The translations under genes were made by a program, and so were the position numbers. Positions 57,932 to 64,000 of a stretch of DNA of 64,000 bases are shown here, one piece after another; the first letter of the stretch is position 1, and each line of letters begins with the position of its first letter. The notes beneath the pieces were generated by a model. It saw only the letters and a program-made list of their open reading frames with translations. It was not told where the DNA came from and ran no database searches. Origin of the DNA: a virus; IMG/VR virus record IMGVR_UViG_3300050821_017626, positions 32,262 to 96,261 of that record; one strand, given 5' to 3'.

Positions 57932-57967
57932 CAACTGCGGCGAGGCTTGGCTTTGCCGCAGTTGTTG
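57932..57967 (+). terminator. Hairpin/terminator after the EndoVII gene
   Basis: CAACTGCGGCGAGG / CTTTGCCGCAGTTG stem. Confidence 0.5.
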
Positions 57968-57980
57968 CATAGGTGGCTAG

Positions 57981-58949
57981 ATGGCATCAGAATCGTACGG
58001 TAATGCGCTTTCCACTACGATCAACCAGGGCGGCGGCATCGCATCGGGTGACACCACGGTTACAGTAACCAGCACCCTTAACTGGCCACAACCACAGTTC
58101 AGAATCCTGATTGAATCGGAGATCATCCTTGTCACCGGGGTTAGCAGCAACACCTTCACGATTGTTCGCGGTCAGGAAGGGACAACTGCAGCAGCGCACG
58201 CAAACGGAATTGCTGTGACACAGGTCCTTACAGTCGGTGGTTTATTCGGCCTGGTCGGCGATGCCATCCTTTCCAGCAGTTATGCCGCCCTTCCTTCTTC
58301 CTCTCTCCTGGGCCGTCTCTATTTGCCTACCGATGGCATCTCTCTCCTGCGAGACACCAGCAGTTCCTGGAATCCGTGGGGCCGGGTGACCGAGTTGACC
58401 GCGCCTCCTCTTGCCAGCACGTTAACGGCTGTCAACGTAACGACGGCTACTTTGGTTGACAATGCCGGTTCTCTTTTCCTCAATGCTCCCAGTATCGGCG
58501 CATCTCACGCGGAGCTTTGGGTGAAGACATTGGCGGCTGGCGCTTATACCTGGATCGTCCATTTGGAGAGTTGGATTCATTCTTCGACCTTTACTTCTTG
58601 TGGGTTGGCCCTGCGCGACAGCGGGGGAGGAAAACTTCTCACTCTCGAACAAAGCATCTTTAGCGGCTCTTTGACCTTGCGAGTCGTGCAATGGACCGAT
58701 GCAAACACTCGTGGTTCCGATGCCTTCAACAACACGCTTCTCGGTAAAACATACACTTGGTTTAAGATCCACGATGATGGGACCACCAATCGAACCTATT
58801 CCGTGTCCCACGATGGCATCAACTGGCTTGACGTTTTCACGGAAGGCAGAACCACATTTTTAGGGGTGGCTCCTAATCAGGCCGGCGTATTCGCTTGCGC
58901 TAACGGGCTGCCGGTAGCAGTGGGTGTTTATTCCTGGAATGGGGTGTGA
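57981..58949 (+). CDS. Tail fibre/receptor-binding-type protein
   Basis: N-terminal ILIESEIILVT...TIVRGQEGTTAAAH.NG..V module, then a beta-sandwich-like C-terminus (YSVSHDGINW). Confidence 0.7.
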   Translation: MASESYGNALSTTINQGGGIASGDTTVTVTSTLNWPQPQFRILIESEIILVTGVSSNTFTIVRGQEGTTAAAHANGIAVTQVLTVGGLFGLVGDAILSSSYAALPSSSLLGRLYLPTDGISLLRDTSSSWNPWGRVTELTAPPLASTLTAVNVTTATLVDNAGSLFLNAPSIGASHAELWVKTLAAGAYTWIVHLESWIHSSTFTSCGLALRDSGGGKLLTLEQSIFSGSLTLRVVQWTDANTRGSDAFNNTLLGKTYTWFKIHDDGTTNRTYSVSHDGINWLDVFTEGRTTFLGVAPNQAGVFACANGLPVAVGVYSWNGV

Positions 58950-58958
58950 GGCTAGACT

Positions 58959-59621
58959 GTGGCCTTTACCGCCCGTCTTGGCACTGCGAATAGTCAACTC
59001 TCCCACATAGAGCTTGGTGCGGGTGATAGTGGCGGCGCTACGCTTCGGACGATCAGCGCCAAAGCCAACATCCTCAATACAACCAAGCAGACGATCTCGG
59101 CCAAGGCGAACCTGCAGAGTCCGCGCTTCACGATTTCGGCGAAAGCGAACATCTACAACGCCACCTCGCGGACGATCTCGGCTAAAGCGCGCCTGCTGCC
59201 TGGCCCCGGCAATCAACAGAGCATTTCCGCCAAGGCGCGGATAACGGCGGGTGGTGTCAAAACCATCTCGGCCAAGGCCAACCTTGTGCCAGGGCCAAAG
59301 ACGATCTCGGCCAAGGCGAACATCCTGGCTTTGGTTACGACCTCGCTGGAGGTCGACTACAAGATCGCTGTATCGACTACCGCGACGCTGGTGGTCAACT
59401 TTACGGCAGGCGTCCCGTTCCCGACCTTCCAGACGATCAGCGCCAAGGCCAATATCGTTCTGCCAATCTCTACCGGGTTGAGCGTGTCCTACAGCGTGAA
59501 CTACCAGATGCCTACCGGACCAGTGACGAGGCCGACCCAGCGTTCGTATATAAGATCCGTGCGCACCATCAGTGCCAAGGCGTCCATTCTCTCGCACCGG
59601 GGGCCGCAGATTTTCGAGTAG
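58959..59621 (+). CDS. Tail protein with nine TISAKA(N/R/S) repeats
   Basis: Repeats visible in the translation. Confidence 0.75.
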   Translation: MAFTARLGTANSQLSHIELGAGDSGGATLRTISAKANILNTTKQTISAKANLQSPRFTISAKANIYNATSRTISAKARLLPGPGNQQSISAKARITAGGVKTISAKANLVPGPKTISAKANILALVTTSLEVDYKIAVSTTATLVVNFTAGVPFPTFQTISAKANIVLPISTGLSVSYSVNYQMPTGPVTRPTQRSYIRSVRTISAKASILSHRGPQIFE

Positions 59622-59683
59622 TTATACACAGTTATAACGAGTTATATATAGATTTGTGTATAACTCGTTATAACTGTGTATAA
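59622..59683 (+). repeat. 29-bp AT-rich inverted repeat (hairpin, GATT loop)
   Basis: Three mismatches, all U-G pairs on the + strand transcript. Confidence 0.85.
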
Positions 59684-59714
59684 ATGAACACAAAATCGGC
59701 ATATCCATTTCAAT

Positions 59715-62675
59715 ATGTCCAATTACGGCTTCATTTTAGACACATCTAATCAGCGCCTGACCCAGTGGGATCATACCACTGGCGCTTTCGTGCGTGACAT
59801 CGGCCAATACAATTCCTCCTTTTCCCCCTTCTTCAACACGAATTTTGATTCGGTCACAGGGCTCCCTCTCTCCTTCGCCCTCGGCCCCACCGATTTCGTC
59901 CTCCCCTGCGGCCTGACCAGCGATGCGGCCAGTGTCTACGCGCTGGATGTGATGACCTGCCGGGTACTGCGCTTCGATGCTGCAACCGGAGGCGTGGTCC
60001 AGACCTTCGGGGGCAAGCGCGGCATCGGTGCGGGCCGTATTACCCCTGATTCTACCAAGCGCAGTATCCTTGCAGTCGCCAACAGCACCGTCTGGCTGAC
60101 CGATAATGCCGGCGGCTTCGTCAGTCAGTTCAGCCCCACCGGGGTTTTCCAGAACGACTACTCGATTGCGACCTGGGCGACTGCAGCGGGGTTTGGCAGC
60201 GTCGATCAGGTCACGGGGATTGCCTGGGACCTCATTCGCGGCCACTATTGGGCGCTGGGCCAGGACAGCGCCAACTGCTACCTGATCCGGGTCAGCAGCT
60301 CGGGGGTGGCTCAGTCTACGGGGAACTTCAACCTCACCACGCGACTCTCGATCCCTGGCCACAGCGGGACGAACGCCGGCCGCATTCTCACGCGCGGGCT
60401 GAAGTTCTTCGGCGGCTATCTCTACTTCTGGTCGCAGAGCAAGGTCTATCGGTTCGACCCGCTCAACCCTGACGGGGATCTGACGCTCTACACGGATGCC
60501 AACGGGGCAATCGCTCCTGGTTGGATCGATGCCACCGGTAGCACGCTGGCGGTCACCTCCACGGCTGCCGCCAACAACGCCAACTGCCTGCAGGTGCTTA
60601 CCCTGCCAGGCGGCAGCATCAGCCGCTCCTATGCCCCTGCATCCATTCCTGCCAGTGGGGCCACGGATCATGTCTCGCTGCCGTGGGACAACGCTATCGT
60701 CCCTTACGCCGAGGACACGAACACTCGCGCGGCAACGACGATCTCGGCCAAGGCGCGAGTGAGTGGGACCACCCGACAAAGCATCCAGGCGAAGGCGAAC
60801 CTATCCGGGAAGACAACTCACACGATTTCCGCCAAGGCGCGGATCACCCTTGGCACCCAACAGCAACTGCAAGCGCTGGCGCGGGTTGATCTGCCCGCAG
60901 GTGATGGCGACTCCAGCATCTATGACTGGGAGATCGCCGATAGCTTCGGGAACTTCTCGCGTGGTTTTACCATCAACTACCGCAAGTCGATCCCAGTCCA
61001 ATGCGGCTTCCAGGTTGATCTCTGGGCGGGCTACGACTATAACCGACTGCACTTGATGACTGGAGAGGTTGACACCGTTACCCGCGTCAAGGGGCCTGAT
61101 ACAGTCAATTATCAGGCTTCCGGTCGGGATCAGGGAGCGCGTGGCCTGGAGTCGATTCGCATTACCCGGCCTTGGGTTTCGCGACCTCCGAACAATTTGC
61201 CGCTGGCTTCGCAGATCATCAAGGATAGCGCCGCACTCATTGGTCTGCAGGTGGGAGCCCTGGAGTTTCCTGACTATCCGCTCTGGAACACTTACACGGT
61301 TTACGGAAAGAATATTCTGGAAATTTGCACGGAGTTGCTGCAGCCGTGGAATTTGTTTGCGCGGGTAGAGTATGTGCCGGTTGTGCGTAATAAGGTACTC
61401 TCGATCCTAAAAGTGGACTGGCTCAATGTGCCCACTGGTGGCTACCAGATCCGGCAACAACACTGGAATCAGATCAGTCGCCATCAGGAACTGTATTTGA
61501 ACGCGCCGCGCCTGAATGAAGTCAAGAACCTCATCGTGCGGGGCGCGGCTTATAGGGCGCCGGCCACGAACCTGGGAATACAGACGCGGGTTGAGTATAG
61601 CCGAGCCACGGCGGGGCAGGATGTGACGACCGCCTTTCTGGGGGAGATTGGCAAGCCGGGGGATGCGCCGACCGCTACCAAGTCGGGTGTGGAACCGCCC
61701 ATGGTCATCACGGAAACGGTGGTGGTTGAGACCCTGTTCTGTGATAAATTGATGACGCGGGATGAGAAGATTTATTCGAATTCCCATGAATTGGTGGCAG
61801 GGGTGACGGAGGAGTCGACTTCGGGGCTGTTGCTGATCGCACGAACCCAGGAACAATATTATTATATCGATCCTTACGTCAATCAGCAGGGACAGATTAT
61901 TGCTGGTAACGTGAATTCAATTTATCAGGCCACGGTTGTCGGGCCTGGGCAGAATTCTCTTCTATGGATAATCGATTCCACTCATTCAGGGATTGTGGAT
62001 GTTACTACAGGCGGCCAGACTACCCACTTTTTTCAAGAGGATGCAAGAACAAAGACGGAATATTTCTACGACGTGAATCAGCAAGTCCAGCAAGAAACCC
62101 AGACTCATCATAAATTTGACACGACGACGAATCAATGGGTTTTGGATTCTTTGACAAGTCGAACGCATTCACAAGTAACTGGTGGCGCAATAAGGACCAA
62201 TTTCTCCACATTTGTCTTTGACAATTCAATTTTCAAGTTGAGCACCCGAGATTTTCAGGTTGTAGGAGGTGCCCGGCCAGACCCGAACGCACCGCAACCG
62301 CGAGGCTGTCTTGTGTCTCATCAAGTGCAAAGTCCTATGGGGGTAATAGATAGCCAGGGCCATGTTGTGGACTATGGGTCTGCTTATTACAACTGGCAAA
62401 CAGAACTTCCGTATATAGGCCAGAGAGAATCGGATGCGGTTCTTGCTAACGCCTTGGCGGAGCAAGCCTTTCAATTACAAGGATATCGGTGGGAAGAGGT
62501 ATCAATTGTCAGCGTTCTAAACCCTAACTTAAGGTCTCACGAGCCTGTTTCCGTGGAGGTCGAGCCAGGACTCTTCCATGACTACTGGTTGAGCGAGGTC
62601 CAACACAGGTTCACCGTTGACCGAGCAGAGACAATGATTAAGGCGAAACGCTTAACCCTTGAAGATGTACCGTAA
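59715..62675 (+). CDS. Large tail-tip protein: beta-propeller (NHL-like) N-terminus, TISAKA linker, hub-like C-terminus
   Basis: LPCGL...VYALD..RVLRFD repeats; four SAKA-type repeats; C-terminal NPNL...V.V...YWL.EVQHRF. Confidence 0.7.
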   Translation: MSNYGFILDTSNQRLTQWDHTTGAFVRDIGQYNSSFSPFFNTNFDSVTGLPLSFALGPTDFVLPCGLTSDAASVYALDVMTCRVLRFDAATGGVVQTFGGKRGIGAGRITPDSTKRSILAVANSTVWLTDNAGGFVSQFSPTGVFQNDYSIATWATAAGFGSVDQVTGIAWDLIRGHYWALGQDSANCYLIRVSSSGVAQSTGNFNLTTRLSIPGHSGTNAGRILTRGLKFFGGYLYFWSQSKVYRFDPLNPDGDLTLYTDANGAIAPGWIDATGSTLAVTSTAAANNANCLQVLTLPGGSISRSYAPASIPASGATDHVSLPWDNAIVPYAEDTNTRAATTISAKARVSGTTRQSIQAKANLSGKTTHTISAKARITLGTQQQLQALARVDLPAGDGDSSIYDWEIADSFGNFSRGFTINYRKSIPVQCGFQVDLWAGYDYNRLHLMTGEVDTVTRVKGPDTVNYQASGRDQGARGLESIRITRPWVSRPPNNLPLASQIIKDSAALIGLQVGALEFPDYPLWNTYTVYGKNILEICTELLQPWNLFARVEYVPVVRNKVLSILKVDWLNVPTGGYQIRQQHWNQISRHQELYLNAPRLNEVKNLIVRGAAYRAPATNLGIQTRVEYSRATAGQDVTTAFLGEIGKPGDAPTATKSGVEPPMVITETVVVETLFCDKLMTRDEKIYSNSHELVAGVTEESTSGLLLIARTQEQYYYIDPYVNQQGQIIAGNVNSIYQATVVGPGQNSLLWIIDSTHSGIVDVTTGGQTTHFFQEDARTKTEYFYDVNQQVQQETQTHHKFDTTTNQWVLDSLTSRTHSQVTGGAIRTNFSTFVFDNSIFKLSTRDFQVVGGARPDPNAPQPRGCLVSHQVQSPMGVIDSQGHVVDYGSAYYNWQTELPYIGQRESDAVLANALAEQAFQLQGYRWEEVSIVSVLNPNLRSHEPVSVEVEPGLFHDYWLSEVQHRFTVDRAETMIKAKRLTLEDVP

Positions 62676-62717
62676 ACGCGATTGACCCACAGCAGTAAAA
62701 CTAGGTATGATAAGAGC

Positions 62718-63380
62718 ATGAGTTCTATTATTGATTTGACGGGTCGAAGATTTGGACGTTTGGTTGTAATTTCTAAAATAGGCTACTCAAGCGGACATCT
62801 TCATTGGTTATGTATTTGCGATTGTAAAAATGAACATAAAGCAGATCATTATAGCCTTACTGATGGAGATACAAAATCTTGCGGATGCCTTAGAACCGAA
62901 TTGATAGTAGCAAGAAGTAAAAAACATGGCCATGCGGGCAGAGGCGGTCGTTCCTCGGAGCATGCTTCATGGACAAGTATGCTAAACAGATGTACCAATA
63001 AATCAACACCCGATTATAAGGAATATGGGGAGAGAGGCATTGATGTTTGTGACAGATGGCTTAAATTTGAAAATTTTATAGAAGATATGGGATATAAGCC
63101 ATCTTTGAAACATAGCTTGGATAGAATTGACAACAACAAGGGTTACTATCCTGAGAATTGTCGATGGGCTACTGCCAAAGAACAAGCCAATAATCGTAGA
63201 TCCAATGTGTCCCTAACATTTGATGGCAAAACAATGTCTTTTAACCAATGGTCAGAAAGGACAGGTCTTCCAGCTAGGATTATTTACCGTCGAGTAAAAT
63301 TTTATGGATGGCCAGCACACAAAGCCCTAACGACACCTGTTGAAATACACAATAGAAATGCCTCTCTGGGATCTTCTTAA
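62718..63380 (+). mobile_element. HNH homing endonuclease
   Basis: DLTGRRFGRL...C.CDC...KSCGC; YGERGI...LDRIDNNKGY.P.NCRWAT. Confidence 0.9.
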
Positions 63381-63600
63381 TACAGCCCAACGCCAGAACG
63401 GCTCCCTCGATCAACACCTTACCTACGGCCTAATCATTGGCCTAGATACGGGGCTTTACTTGACCACAATTCAAAATCAATCTTACCACTGTGAGAGCTT
63501 AATCAACCAGAGATTATTGCCTGGTGATCGTGTCTATGTCATTCTTGGACGGGGTAACCCACGAATTATCGGTTTGATGGGGAAAGATGCTGGCATTTAA
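63358..63600 (+). CDS. Small tail/baseplate-associated protein (OB-fold-like)
   Basis: MPLWDLL...LLPGDRVYV...PRIIG. Confidence 0.55.
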   Translation: MPLWDLLNTAQRQNGSLDQHLTYGLIIGLDTGLYLTTIQNQSYHCESLINQRLLPGDRVYVILGRGNPRIIGLMGKDAGI

Positions 63601-64000
63601 TGAGCATTTGGGACCTCCTCGCCCCCCAGCAGAATCAAGAGCATTGGGGCAAAACCCGCCTCGTACCAGCACAGCCTACCGACACCATCTCCGGCGCCAT
63701 CTGGCTTGGAGCCGACCTAGGCTACGTCGAATTCAGCGGAGTTACCCCCCGAGCCGGTGACCTGGTGCTCATCCTCGGCCAGCCCGGTCGCCGCCTCTGT
63801 ATGCTCAACTCCCCTCTGGAGCCAATGCGCACCCCCACCTTCAGTTCCGGCTGCGTCTGCCGCTGCCCCCCAGAAGGCGGCGTAGTATTCTATTTAGCCT
63901 ATCCTGGGCGCGTTGCCAACGCTCTGGTCCTTGATGCCTCGACCGGCGCCCTACTACAGGTAGTAGGGCAACAAGAATTGGGATACGGTGTCTCGCTCAT
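63600..64000 (+). CDS. Tail-associated protein, truncated by the window end
   Basis: TAATG coupling; MSIWDLLAPQQ...RAGDLVLI; open to the window end. Confidence 0.6.
   Translation, partial: MSIWDLLAPQQNQEHWGKTRLVPAQPTDTISGAIWLGADLGYVEFSGVTPRAGDLVLILGQPGRRLCMLNSPLEPMRTPTFSSGCVCRCPPEGGVVFYLAYPGRVANALVLDASTGALLQVVGQQELGYGVSL

Noticed and set aside
58959-59621. CRISPR array or diversity-generating retroelement repeats
   Set aside because: Repeats are in-frame, synonymous-variable protein repeats; no cas or reverse transcriptase gene is in the window
59622-59683. Protelomerase (telRL) site
   Set aside because: The centre (GATT) is not palindromic, mismatches favour RNA pairing, and no protelomerase gene is visible
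23060-62474. Many long antisense or alternative-frame ORFs over structural genes (e.g. 59736-60779, 43104-43895, 30491-31195)
   Set aside because: Shadow ORFs of GC-rich coding DNA with no RBS or recognisable motifs

Overview
This window is about 64 kb of a tailed dsDNA bacteriophage genome. No cellular housekeeping genes, integrase, terminase or DNA polymerase are visible. Positions 1-22 kb hold small early/middle genes on alternating strands: dUTPase, a MazG-like protein, a sigma-70-like factor, a HAD phosphatase and an Sm/Hfq-like protein. Positions 23-64 kb are a + strand virion module with a T4-gp20-like portal, a head morphogenesis protein, Thr/Ser/Gly-rich structural proteins, an L,D-transpeptidase-family enzyme, an RHS protein, NDK, one ChaB-protease-scaffold-T4-gp23-like capsid polyprotein, and a sheath-less (siphoviral-type) tail. 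The tail region includes a -1 frameshift chaperone, the tape measure, a glycosyltransferase/methyltransferase cassette and tail-tip genes. Five free-standing homing endonucleases lie in or next to the virion module. Main unexplained signals: (1) two type III hammerhead ribozymes (4783-4835 and 5037-5088, minus strand) bracket one 63-aa ORF, with its RBS inside ribozyme stem III; (2) an apparently Gln-specific T4-type prohead protease, plus about 8 small proteins with an acidic leader, an L-x-Q site and a basic tail that may be its capsid-packaged substrates; (3) a short-spaced TTGnCA-N8/9-TATAAT promoter class shared by these genes and the structural operons; (4) an RHS cassette flanked by a relic gene-end duplication; (5) a 383-bp foreign fragment inserted into the last sense codon of a tail gene. 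All family assignments come from motifs recognised by eye; no searches were run.
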